Notes under the pieces: generated by a model
Database searches by the model: none
Told to the model about the DNA's origin: nothing
The model's input: only the letters and a program-made list of their open reading frames with translations
Shown here: one piece after another, positions 1-11,411 of the stretch
Layout: each line of letters starts with the position of its first letter
Numbering within the stretch: the stretch's first letter is position 1
Source of the DNA: Pecten maximus
Taxonomy: Eukaryota
Direction of reading: 5' to 3'
DNA: 64,000 nucleotides
Assembly (NCBI RefSeq): GCF_902652985.1
Contig: NC_047021.1
Span: forward strand, 39,494,001 to 39,558,000
Made by a program: the position numbers and the translations under genes

Positions 1-469
1 GTTTATATAGCATGAACTACAGTGTACTTATTTGTTAATCTGAGAAAAAAAAAGGAAGGGACAACTTATTTCATCAAACTTGCAAAAATCCCAAGGAAAA
101 AAAATATATGCATGCAAGGGAATAGTCTGCTGCACATTCAAATTAGTTAATTAAACAAGAGTTACATGGTAGATTCTGATAAAAACTAATATTATCTAAT
201 ATTAAACCTTGCATGTGAACACTAGGAGCAATCTGTGCAACTAAACTAATTAGTAAATGTAATTAAGTTTAAAATATGATGACCTAGCTGAAATGATCCG
301 TTCTATTTTGGTTAATTATCATTTTTAAAGTCATTTTATTCTTTTCAATTTGTTTTTTATTTGATACCCTGTATTGTACTAAACATCATTCTATAACATT
401 CTGTGTTGTGCATCTTTTTTCCTACCATGTTATTCTGACTTTTAACTTTGAAATGGGCACTACAAATGA

Positions 470-2100
470 TTGTCAGGTCATACATGATCTAATACAAACA
501 AGTTTTCTGCAAACAAGAGGCCCATTATAAGTGCCCTCTAAAGTCATCACTTGCTCAATACATACAAGAGGCCCAAAAGGTCCTCTGAGGTCATTACTTA
601 CTTAAATACATACAAGAGACCCAAAAGGTCCTCTGAGGTTATCACTTACTCAAATACATACAAGAGGCCCAAAAGGTCCTCTGAGGTCATTACTTACTTA
701 AATACATACAAGAGACCCATAGGGCCCTTTCAAGTTATCACTTACTCAAATACATACAAGAGGCCCATAGGGCCCTTTCAAGTTATCACTTACTCAAATA
801 TAAACAAGAGGCCCAAAAGGTCCTCTGAGGTTATCACTTACTCAAATACAAACAAGAGGCCCAAAAGGTTCTCTGAGGTCATCACTTACTTAAATACATA
901 CAAGAGACCCATAGGGCCCTTTCAAGTTATCACTTACTCAAATACATACAAGAGGCCCATAGGGCCCTTTCAAGTTATCACTTACTCAAATATAAACAAG
1001 AGGCCCAAATGGTCCTCTGAGGTTATCACTTACTCAAATACAAACAAGAGGCCCAAAAGGTTCTCTGAGGTCATCACTTATTTAAATACATACAAGAGAC
1101 CCATAGGGCCCTTTCAAGTTATCACTTACTCAAATACATACAAGAGGCCAAACAGGTCCTCTGAGGTTATCACTTACTCAAATACAAACAAGAGGCCCAA
1201 AAGGTCCTCTGTGGTTATCACTTACTCAAATACAAACAAGAGGCCCAAAAGGTCCTCTGAGGTTATCACTTACTCAAATACATACAAGAGGCCAAACAGG
1301 TCCTCTGATGTTATCACTTACTCAAATACATACAAGAGGCCCAAAAGGTCCTCTGAGGTTATCACTTACTCAAATACATACAAGAGGCTCAAAAGGTCCT
1401 CTGAGGTTATCACTTACTCAAATACCAACAAGAGGCCCAAAAGGTCCTCTGAGGTCATCACTTACTGAAATACATACAAGAGGCCAAACAGGTCCTCTGA
1501 GGTCATCACTTTGTCAAATACATACAAGAGGCCCAAAAGGTCCTCTGAGGTCATCACTTTGTCAAATACATACAAGAGGCCCATAGGGCCCTTTCAAGTT
1601 ATTACTTAGTTTTAAGTACAGATAAGATGTCTGAAAGGTCCTTTGAGGTCACCATTTAATCAAATACAAACAAGAAGCCCATGGTGCTCCCCCAAGTCAT
1701 TGATTGATCTAATACAAACAAGAGGCCCATTGGGCCCTCTGACATCATCATTTAGCTTAATATAAATAAGATGACCTTAGGGCTCTCTGAATTCATCACA
1801 TAGTCAAATACAAACAAGCCCATGTGGCTTTCCCAAGTCATTACTTGGTCTTATTCAAACAAGAGGCATATGTGGACAATCTCAAAACATCACTAAGCCA
1901 AAGACAAACAGGCCTAAAAGGTCTTCTGAGGTCATCACTAAACAAAATAGGCCCATGGGGCCCTCTAAGTTCACATTTGGTCTAATATAAACCAAAGACC
2001 CAAAGAGTTCTCGCAGGTCTACATTTACAATTAAGAAGCCCATAGGGACTTGTAAGGTCATAACAAAGTCTAATAGAAACAAGATGCCCATAGGGACATG
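470..2100. repeat. 48-bp minisatellite (tcacttactcaaatacatacaagaggcccaaaaggtcctctgaggtta) with two unit variants and degenerate edges
   Basis: 16-aa periodicity of ORF 551-1468; units read directly in the sequence. Confidence 0.95.
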
Positions 2101-2288
2101 AATACATACTACTGGACAATAGAACATCTGGCCAGCACTTACAGGTAGTTTGCTAACTGGATGTCCATGGAGCACTGTGATACCATGCATGTCAGACTTT
2201 TTCCGGTTGGGATATAATATAAAAATCTTTCTGATAAACTTGTCAGATAGCAAAACAAGTTTGTAATTATAATTTGTCTTTTGAACAG

Positions 2289-2368
2289 ATACTGGAGGGA
2301 GAAAACATTGACATTCCAAATACATTTTATGTGAAAAGCCGGCAGAAGATTATACAATTCCTCGATGA
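2289..2368 (+). CDS. FGD/frabin-like RhoGEF, internal exon (C-terminal part of first PH domain): ILEGENIDIPNTFYVKSRQKIIQFLD(E)
   Basis: ttttgaacAG|ATACTG...CTCGATGA|GTaagt; 80 nt, open frame, ends phase 2 and joins the next exon. PNTFYV..RQK.IQF resembles the FGD PH1 beta strands. Confidence 0.85.
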
Positions 2369-3157
2369 GTAAGTATTAACAAGGTTTCTGCAGTAATTAA
2401 CACTTAAAACTGTCCAGATAGAATAATTTGACAGTTGGATTTGAAAAATTAAAGTGTTATGTCAATTGTTTCACATTTTTACCAATGAAATACAAAAAGC
2501 TATCATCACAGTGATGATAGTACTTGTGTTTCTTTTACCAATCAGAATGTCACTTTCTATTCACTGCATTGAAATCAGCCAATTTTTCGGTTCAGATCCA
2601 ACTGAAGCAAAGGTAAAAGAAGAGGTTATTTTACTGCTTCTTTAATATACATTCCAGTTTTTTTTTTTTTTTTTTTTTATGAAACACTCATTTGACAACA
2701 GTTATGCAACCAAAAACTTACCAGGGAAGAACTGAAAACGCTGCATTGAACAGCCTATTCAAAATGGCATTGTCATGTTGTCAATCTTTACTCCATAAGG
2801 ATATGCATACAATATCACAGATTATGATACTGATTCCTAAGCTTTTTCGAGGCATAGATTATTTCTCTTTTTGGTGTTTAAAAATGAAATGAAATAAAAA
2901 TTGAATAGTTTCCCTTTGAATATAACATAATATTTCACTCGTATTTGTATATTCAACAGGAAAACATTCTTATGCTTCTACTCAATATTATATGACTGTA
3001 CAAAAAACAGTGTCGGGTCAATATATATCCAGAGTTAGAAGTGATTATTGTAACTGACAAACACATTATGATCATATAATAACTGAAACCGATTGAACAT
3101 TGTGATATAAAACAATAATTTACATGAAGAAATCCCTACTTGTATTTTGTTTTGCAG

Positions 3158-3191
3158 GAATTCTGCTGGGGAGCCAATGGGCTGGTGTGAG
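3158..3191 (+). CDS. FGD-like exon: (E)NSAGEPMGWCE, containing the conserved Trp of the PH C-terminal helix
   Basis: ttttgttttgcAG|GAATTC...TGTGAG|GTaggt; 34 nt, completes the phase-2 codon and ends phase 0. Confidence 0.8.
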
Positions 3192-3444
3192 GTAGGTATT
3201 CCTTATTTTCAACTTTAAAGTCTCTTTTATTTTCAATTCAGACCAAAATCACCTGTTATGGTGAAATTTACTACGGTTCAAGTCAGACAATTACATTTAT
3301 GTTATGTTAAGGTACACCTGTATCTGCTAAGTGGCCACTCCCTTAGTGATGTTTCTACCTTTGCCCAATGTAAACTGTCTCACTAGTGTAATCAACACCA
3401 TGGTCAAAGGTCAAGTAACAAGGTCATCTGCTGAGAATTCCATC

Positions 3445-3820
3445 ATTTTTAACTTGCTTGGATGAGGTGTAGGGGAGCTATTGCTAAACTCCAGCGTCGG
3501 CAGCATCCGTAGATAATTAGGTTGAAGTTTTATAAAACAGTTTTGTGTCAATGCTAATGAGGATACAGATTAGGTATTTGACATGTTTTTTTTTTTCTTG
3601 TGACAAATCCTTTCTATTGGTAATTCATTTGTGGACCTGCAAACCTTGATTGTGACCTTTGACCTACTTTTGAAAATCTTTAACCTTTGCCACTATGTGT
3701 TAACTGTATGAGATATAGCTTTCATATTTGATGTGTCTTCCTTGTGACAAGACCTTTCCACTGGTGCTACATTTGCGGACCTGCAGACCTTGACCATGAC
3801 CTTTGACCTACTTTTAACAA
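3445..3820 (+). mobile_element. Degenerate Helentron/HINE-like non-autonomous element fragment with an internal ~140-bp duplication
   Basis: T-rich start, gagctattg...gcgtcggc head, and a duplicated ccttgtgacaa...ggacctgc...tgacctttgacctactttt unit. Confidence 0.55.
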
Positions 3821-3975
3821 TTAATTCCGAATTTTTGTAGTCTTCTAATAAATTTTGTTTAAAATTATTTTGCTGCCACCATCAAACATGATTTATAAAC
3901 ATTATTTTCTTTATATATTATCACCATACTAGTTATATAAAAATGTATCACTTAGTTTTATATCATAACCAACAG

Positions 3976-4056
3976 TCTATGAAGGACACACTGAAGGAAT
4001 ACCGCCACAGGAGGCAGTCTCTGAGGGGACATGAGGACCATTTACGGGACAGTGGG
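3976..4056 (+). CDS. FGD-like exon: SMKDTLKEYRHRRQSLRGHEDHLRDSG
   Basis: aacAG|TCTATG...AGTGGG|GTaagt; 81 nt, phase 0-0, open, GC-richer than its flanks. Confidence 0.8.
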
Positions 4057-4585
4057 GTAAGTTGTAACACCTTCATAAATTTATAGGGGATTCAATAAGG
4101 GCTAAGGTAAGGGGATTGAATGGGAAGTAAAGACTTTGGGCCTAAATTAGTGTTAATGTGTTAAGAATAAACGTTTTAGTTTTGTGCAGCCTTTACATTA
4201 TAGTTGGGACAACAATAAGTTCAACTTCAAAGAAAAGCAGGAATGGAGGTGTTTATATACTGTATCTCAGGAGAGATGTCTTAATTTTTAAAGTCGACTC
4301 TCCTTGAAAGATACGTAGTACTTCAGATGGATGTGTATATCAACTGCAGGGACCATCATACCACACAGCCATCAGATTTTGTTTAAGTAAAAATTATAAT
4401 CTCTGTGTTTCTGACCTGGGCCTGCTCCTCAGGTGCGCCACACCACAGTTGAAATAATACATGTGAAGAAATCTTACACGTTAGTCCTCAGAAATTTGCC
4501 ATTCAAAGCAGAAACAGTTTTATAGGTAGTAACAACATTGGTTTACCTGAAGATGAGCTGGTTATCAAATGATTTCTTGTTTTAG

Positions 4586-4804
4586 TGGAGAAGTAGTGAG
4601 TCTGCCTCTCTTTACACGGACATGTCCAGAACGACCAGTTTTAGGTCTGCCTTTTCTGATACCTCCAGACTTTCCAGTATCAAATCTCCTACTGATATCA
4701 GTAGGCACTCTTCTTATCGAGAAATACTGCGAAATGATGGAAGACATTCTTCTGAAATACGGAAAAGTAGAAATAGGAAATCTACTCCTTCTGAGATTGT
4801 CAAG
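4586..4804 (+). CDS. Probable (alternative) FGD-like exon encoding a 73-aa Ser/Arg-rich linker WRSSESASLYTDMSRTTSFRSAFSDTSR...KSTPSEIVK
   Basis: tttcttgttttAG|TGGAGA...GTCAAG|GTacaa; 219 nt, phase 0-0, open in the frame of the flanking exons (ORF 4622 frame). Confidence 0.6.
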
Positions 4805-6038
4805 GTACAATACATGTACCATGTAACATTATTTAACACAATGTATTGTACATTATACAATATGATATACATTGTATTATGCAATATATAAAACTATGTA
4901 TTGTACATTATACAATATGTAATACAGATGTACTTTGTATTACACAATATAAAATATGTAAATTATATCATTAGTATTTCAATATATGATAAATTATACT
5001 TTAAAGTATAAGGAAATATAATGAAAATATACAGCATGTATCATTTACTTTGTATACTTTTATTTGTATGATTTTACCATACAACAAATTGATTGAAATA
5101 TCATAAAAGTCCTCCAAATGTCTGAACAATCTTCAGCAGATCTTTTTCTGATCTCTTTATTGAACACATCCATACCTGCAGCTGTGTATGGGAGATAACT
5201 CTGAGAAGCCTCTAATGTAACTTTGGGATTTGATGTAAAGTTTGAAAATTGAAGCAACTGGCACTGAATTACCTTGACCTACTTTCATGACCACAGATGT
5301 CAAAAGTCTTAAACAACTTCTTCTCAATAGGCATATAAATCAAGTCGTTCGTTTGAATGACCTTGAAGTACGATTAAGGTATGCCAAAGGTTGAAATATT
5401 TATAGACATCGAGAAATTACTTAAAAGAAATACATGTAGTGTGAATTTCAGTTTCATGTCCATAACCTAAATTAACTTTGAAATAACATGAATTAAATTT
5501 TCATCAGCTACAGAACAAGTGAGTGATATATAATGTATTATGTACAGTACTGCTCAGGGTTATACAGGTATCCAAATGACAACAATACAACAATGAATTT
5601 AAGTCAAGCTTTAGTCCAAAGTGCAACAAATGCATATATCGTATAATTATACATAAACTGGTGCATGTATATCATGACATATGTAATATCATTAAAATGT
5701 TATTGACATACAATATTTTAGCCAATAACCCCAAATTGTGCATTTTTGTGATTTTCCATATCAGTGTTTTGGAAATGTTGAGTTTTTGACTGAAAAATCA
5801 TGTGAGTGCAGAGGTAAAATTGAAACCTTAATTAGATCATGCATTAAGCATGATTGAAGACATTTAATATAAAATCAGGTCAATTAGCTGTAGGGGTATG
5901 GATAGACTTAATATCAACTTTTTCTGTAAAATAAGAGACTCTCTTTTAATTACAGGGTTGAAATAAAAAAAAAATGTGTATTCAACTTGGTTACAAATTT
6001 ATTAGTATTAATTAGAAAAATCTTTTCCTTTTTTTAAG

Positions 6039-6086
6039 CTTAACTGTAGAATGTCGGTTCAGTCTGAGTTAATGAAGGTACCAAAG
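6039..6086 (+). CDS. Possible 16-aa micro-exon LNCRMSVQSELMKVPK of the FGD-like gene
   Basis: Strong pyrimidine tract tcttttcctttttttaAG, 48 nt open in phase 0-0, donor AAG|GTaatt. The AAG acceptor is suboptimal and there is no homology support. Confidence 0.3.
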
Positions 6087-6447
6087 GTAATTAAAGTACC
6101 TCACAATACCTGTACCCTCTGTCCTGGTGCATGCTCTACATATATATTGTATCCGTCTCTCAGCCCTGTTAAAATAAATCTAAATGGTTTCTAAATGGCA
6201 TGCGATAGGTCGGTAATCTTCCGCCTCTGTATCTAATGAAAAGTATAGACCTTCTGGGGGTGCGTTCCATTGGAAACTATATTCTCATTAATCTTTTATT
6301 ACACTTGGTTTTTATTTGTTACTAATTAATTTACAATCAAAGATGGTTACCTTGGCCTCTAATTGACAGACATTATTTCTCTTCTCAAGTCCTTAAGCTA
6401 CTATGCCAGTTCTAACCACTTAGCTACTAATATTCTTTATTAACAGT

Positions 6448-6729
6448 TCGTTAGTTTGCTGGGTTTATAAGCCTGTGAACAGCCAGGGTCATTTTGAGGC
6501 AGGATATCCTTGTAGTAGTTGGTGACTACCTCACTGAAACAACATATGTAAGGCCTGTCACATGTCATCCAGTTCAATTAGATTAAATTGTCTGGCCAAG
6601 GATACAACCACAGACTGGGCTGTTTCTCAGCTTCCTGATCAACATAATCTGACTAGCGTAGGGAGCGTCGAACCCCACACCTTGAGATTATGTGGCTGGC
6701 GTTTTAACTGAATGAGCTTTCATGACTCC
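6448..6729 (-). mobile_element. tRNA-derived SINE, CORE-like, degenerate
   Basis: The minus strand has a tRNA-like head (agctcattcagttaaaacg...ggggttcgacgctcc), a CORE-like ccttggccagacaattt, and the tail aaatgaccctggctgttcacagg plus an A-rich end. Confidence 0.65.
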
Positions 6730-7468
6730 AGCCCTATTATGAGATCTCAATTAAAAGAATTTAGGGAAAAAATGAAAATATTTTATGTTCGTTTGATATT
6801 TAGCTTGTGTTGTTAACAACATTCTTGAAGAAGGCTTCATTTCTTTGCAACAATCGGGAATTTTTATATCATAAACTTTTTCACTAAAATGAAAATATCT
6901 TTGCATAAACTGTTACATAATAAGCCACAGTAAAAAATGTTATGCTTGTCTTTGAAAATGAAACCAAAATGGCTTTCCAAAAGCATAACAACTCTCTCTG
7001 TATGTATATTGTATAAAAAAAATTATATCAAAACTGTTTTTTCTTCCTGTATGTAAATACATACTAACCTCTCTCAATAATATTTGATTTCTATTATCTT
7101 TCTCTCTTGGTTATAGTAATAAAAATTTGAATGTGGAATTAACACAAGTTCATGTATCTAAAAGTTTAAAATGCAAGAAATAACGAATACGGATAAACCT
7201 TTACACCATGACAAACTAATTGTAATAACCCTGGGAAATAACTTCGAAATCATTTAAGTGAACTTGTACCAAACGTTAACAAATACTTTGTCTAAAAATA
7301 CATTTTTTCTCAGAATATCATTTATGTATTTTAAATAACAGGGATATCTATTTTTTACTTTCAAGGGAGACAACTACAAAATATAAGTTTTTCCATGATT
7401 TAGTCAGATTCTGTTATCATTCCATTTTTACAGCTACCACAATACACCTAATATTTTTTGTATTTCAG

Positions 7469-7597
7469 CTCCCAGAAATGGAGATAGGGAAATTGGCTCC
7501 AAAGTGGATAAAGGATGATGAGGTAACAATGTGTATGCAGTGTACCAACTCCTTCACAGCATTCCGTCGACGGCATCACTGCCGCGCCTGTGGCATT
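7469..7597 (+). CDS. FGD-like exon, FYVE domain first half: [43 protein letters not shown]
   Basis: tatttcAG|CTCCCA...GGCATT|GTaagt; WxxD and RRHHCRxCG FYVE signatures; closely resembles the FGD4/frabin segment LGKRAPRWIRDNEVTMCM. Confidence 0.97.
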
Positions 7598-7944
7598 GTA
7601 AGTTTCACCTATACAAGACATGTTGTGTGGTATATTTTATTTCAATATCAACTCATTGTAGAATCCTCATACTACAGCAAAACAATACTAATGACAGTTA
7701 TCATACACTGTATATAAAATACTGTTGCACTCTGACAATGCTAGTTTTTTTAGAACATGGCGTATTTCTTCTTAAATTACAAACAAAAAGTCTTCAAAAT
7801 GTGTCTTCAAGGACAGTGATAATAGTTGTGTGACCCCAGGTAGCCCATTGGTCACTGTATGACAATGGGTGCATTGACAGTTGTGTAATATATTGTATAT
7901 GTATGTAGTGTCTGCATTGCTGTAGAAATAGAGGAGAGTGTGAA

Positions 7945-8490
7945 GGCCCTATTGACATTTGACTTTACAGGTGGTTTGAAGTAACCATTGGCTCGTTGAC
8001 CTTTGACCTTACAGGTAGTTTGTAGTTAATTGTTGGTCCTATTTACCTTTGACCTTATAGGCAATTTGTAATATATTTTGGCATAATATTGACCATTAAC
8101 TTTACAGGTGATTTAATTGTAGTAAATACTAGTCCTATTGATCTTTAACCTTACAGGCGGTTTATTACAATTTTTGACCTAATTGACCTTCGACCTTACA
8201 GGTGGTTGATAGTAAAGTGTGGCCTAATTAACCCTTGACCTTACAGGTGGCGTGTAGTGACTATTGGCCCTATCGACCTTTGGCCTTACAGGTGGTTTGT
8301 ATTGTACTTGTTGGCAATATACCCTTAAATCTTTTACCTTATAGATGGTTTGTAGCAAAATTAATATATGCCCTACTGACCTTTGACCTTACTGGTGTGT
8401 TGTAAAAACTGTTGGTCTCAATAACCTTTGACCTTACTGGTGGTTTAACTGTTGACCCTATTGAACTTTAACCCTACAGGTGGTTTGTAG
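7945..8490 (+). repeat. ~45-bp degenerate tandem repeat made of the FYVE-exon 3' splice site and exon start (tgacctttgaccttacAG|GTGGTTTGTAGT), 12 units including the real acceptor
   Basis: Unit junctions end at 7970, 8014, 8060, 8107, 8156, 8201, 8246, 8291, 8344, 8394, 8439 and 8479. Confidence 0.9.
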
Positions 8491-8644
8491 TAAATGTTCC
8501 GGTAAGAAGGTGCCTCTGGCCTACGACAACTTCAGGTATAATCGTGTCTGTGACAAGTGTTATACAGTCTTAAAGAATGGAGTGGAGGAGGATGAAGTGC
8601 CGGAAAAACCAACCACCAGTTCAACTCGACGACGGGTGTTACAG
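8480..8644 (+). CDS. FGD-like exon, FYVE second half plus linker: VVCSKCSGKKVPLAYDNFRYNRVCDKCYTVLK...RRRVLQ
   Basis: ctacAG|GTGGTT...TTACAG|GTaacg; 165 nt, phase 0-0; VVCxxC and RVCxxC FYVE motifs. Confidence 0.96.
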
Positions 8645-8934
8645 GTAACGGCCAATGAATTTCTGGTTTATTTTAATTACAAGTGTACATGTAATTTCAA
8701 ATGTGACATTTTGTTATTCCTTGTGAAACACAAATACAAATCTTCAAAGCATAAAAACACTGTGGGATTAATACTGATTGAACCTGAAATGAAATATAAA
8801 GAATCATGCATTCTTCTGGTTACATGCACATACAAGTCTCCACAAAGTACATTTAATTGTGTTACCAACTTTCATACTTGAACAACTTAATTACGTGCTA
8901 AAAGTTTAACTTGTTTTGAATTTTTCCTAATTAG

Positions 8935-9063
8935 AAAAAAGCAAGTGATCCCTCGGTGCTGTCCAGTTATCTGCAGGTCAGCACTGACCGCGGTAAGAGT
9001 TGGACAAAGCGATGGGTCGTTGTCCAGTCTGACTATGTTCTCTACTGTTTCAAGGCTCACCAG
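8935..9063 (+). CDS. FGD-like exon, second PH domain N-part: KKASDPSVLSSYLQVSTDRGKSWTKRWVVVQSDYVLYCFKAHQ
   Basis: tttttcctaattAG|AAAAAA...CACCAG|GTaacc; 129 nt; PH motifs SYL, WxKRWxV and VLYxF. Confidence 0.93.
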
Positions 9064-9411
9064 GTAACCCAATTATCTATCATCACACTGTAAAAGCCAC
9101 ATCCATACATCATTTTGCATTATAATTTTTTTCATGGAGGTTAAATTCCATGTCTCGACAGCAGAGGTCAAGGTCTCAAGTCCATTTGATTTAAGGGAAA
9201 TAATTATTTTTTAAATCTTGCAGTTTTCAAAATCAGAAACAAGTTAACTTTGAGAGAAACAATTGCAAGGTCATATGGTATGAGTTAAAGTTTTTATATC
9301 CTAGCTTTCTTACACCCGTTATATAGGAGAATACAGTTTTCCACATTTCAAGTAAAAAATCAGAATGAACATGATCTCTTGCTAATTGATATTTAATTTG
9401 CTTTCTTACAG

Positions 9412-9569
9412 GATGTTTGTGCCCTTTTTTCTATCCCACTTCCTGGATACACTGTGGAGGCAACTGACTCTGACACTGGGGACAAGGAGAAGGGATTCAA
9501 ACTCTACCACAAGAACCAGCAAGGACAAACACATTACTTCCTGGCTGGAGAGCAGAATCACCGCGACAA
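9412..9569 (+). CDS. FGD-like exon, PH2 middle: DVCALFSIPLPGYTVEATDSDTGDKEKGFKLYHKNQQGQTHYFLAGEQNHRD(K)
   Basis: ctttcttacAG|GATGTT...GACAA|GTaagt; DVxA..SIPLPGY is typical of the FGD C-terminal PH domain; ends phase 2. Confidence 0.93.
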
Positions 9570-9589
9570 GTAAGTCATTTCTAAATATC

Positions 9590-9838
9590 TAAATATAAAC
9601 TTTATTTATCTTATCACAATTACAAAAAATTCATATCAACATATATTAAGTACGCTCGTTGGCCCGGATGGAAGGACAAAAGGGGTCTTAGTGTAGGATG
9701 AAACCAGAGTACTCAGAGTAAACCAAAGTGGTCGGGCAGGTGACCCCTTAAATTTTCAGGCCCATCCGTGGAATCAAAATCCTGGCCACCTACAATGTAG
9801 GTGTAAGGTACTTGTGTTACCACTGCACCACCCGACCT
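9590..9838 (-). mobile_element. tRNA-derived V-type SINE (family 2)
   Basis: The reverse complement matches the 54826-55064 copy (ggtcgggtggtgcagtggtaacac head, gagtactctggtttc core, aataaagtttata tail). Confidence 0.75.
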
Positions 9839-11005
9839 ATACACAAACACCAGCAATATTCCGAAAAAAACATGTACATGACAGACATTTGAGTGAAAAA
9901 TAAAGAAAAAGCTTTTTAAATATGTCAGGATATTTTTCAGTCAGGAAAATTTTTCACATAACCTGGAACTTGCCTGCAGCCTTCCATATTATTGAGACAG
10001 ATAACCAATTATTACTCTAATTTTACACATAACTTACCACTAAAACTTCATTATAAATTAATTTTATTTCAAATGATAACTTATATTGTTCATAATTTCA
10101 AAAATCTTGACTTCTGTACTCAAGTAGAATTTGTCCTCACCCACAGGAATTATGACAATAAATTGAGTAAATAGGTCTTTATCATGTAAAAAAATCAAGT
10201 TAAAAAAAAAAGTTTAAAAAAAAAAGGGCGGTGGTGGGGTATTACCTTAAAAATATGTGATGCAAGGGAAATAACTGCAAAAGTTGCATTTACACTCGCA
10301 ACCATGATCAAGATGAAACAAATTTAACATCACATAAATAACGAGAAAAAAAGTATGTTCCTGATTTTTGTATTTGTTAAAATGAATTTCAAAAGATATT
10401 TTATGTGAATAAGATAAGGTTAATAAGGTTGTGAATCGTGCAATGAGTTATTGCTATATGAATAATATATAGTAATATATGTGATGCAAGGGAAGTAACT
10501 ACTGGAATACTGTATTCAATTTTTATAAAAATAAATAGATAAAATATATCATTTCACTTACATGTAACATTTTTATCATCAACAAAATCTTTTCAGAATG
10601 TGTATAATAATTATATATTGCAGATTATTTAATAAAATAAATATTATCATGTACTCTTTTGTCAAAATAAAAATTATTTCTACTGATTATGTTAATTTCT
10701 TTCCTGGCTGGCTTAAAATTTCCTTGTTATATTCATAAGCACTTTTTGACCTTTGGATTGTTGCGTAATTTTCGAGCGTCATCTGGATGCTTTTTATATT
10801 TCTCCTGTTGGATAACACAATGTTATCCCCCACATCAAAAAAAATTAGAGACTCCTGTGAACTATGAACTTACATGATAGTTAATGGAAGCCCTGTATCT
10901 TATCACAAGATGGATGCAGTAGAGCTAACTGTATCATAAAGCTACTTCCATCCTTCTAGGACACGTCAGAGAGGCAACTAAAATAGGTGGAAATAAATGT
11001 CAAAC

Positions 11006-11098
11006 CACAGGTGCCTGACTCGTTTTATAAAATATAAGTGTACATATAAATGAGACTCTTATATGTTATTATTTAATAAAATGAGTCGGGCACCTGTG
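11006..11098. mobile_element. 93-bp MITE with 23-bp TIRs (CACAGGTGCCYGACTCRTTTTAT) and a 7-bp TSD gtcaaac; P-superfamily-like termini
   Basis: TIRs match at 21/23 positions; gtcaaac at 10999-11005 and 11099-11105. Confidence 0.85.
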
Positions 11099-11290
11099 GT
11101 CAAACTCTAGATGGGGAGATGAAATGGACCTATAATTCAATAAATTTCATAACATTCTATTAGGTCATTATATTAACATGTACCTGCCAATATATTGAAA
11201 ACATTAATGTAAATTGATATGTCTCTTATTACGATTGACAAATCATGAATGTTTTGTGTGAATCTTTACATACTTATTTGTTCCTTCTAG

Positions 11291-11411
11291 GTGGATGGAT
11301 GTCTTAGAACGAGTTGCCAGGCTTGAACTGCCAGAGTCGGAAGAAAATAAAAGAGCTTCAACTCAGTCCTCCAGTAGCAGTAGTGGAACTGCGGAAATTC
11401 AACAGTTATAG
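11291..11411 (+). CDS. FGD-like terminal coding exon: (K)WMDVLERVARLELPESEENKRASTQSSSSSSGTAEIQQL*
   Basis: ttgttccttctAG|GTGGATG completes the phase-2 codon; WM..L is the PH C-terminal helix; TAG at 11409-11411. Confidence 0.92.

Noticed and set aside
551-1468. 305-aa ORF
   Set aside because: It is a translation of the 48-bp satellite inside an intron, has no ATG start or splice support, and stays open because the unit length is a multiple of 3.
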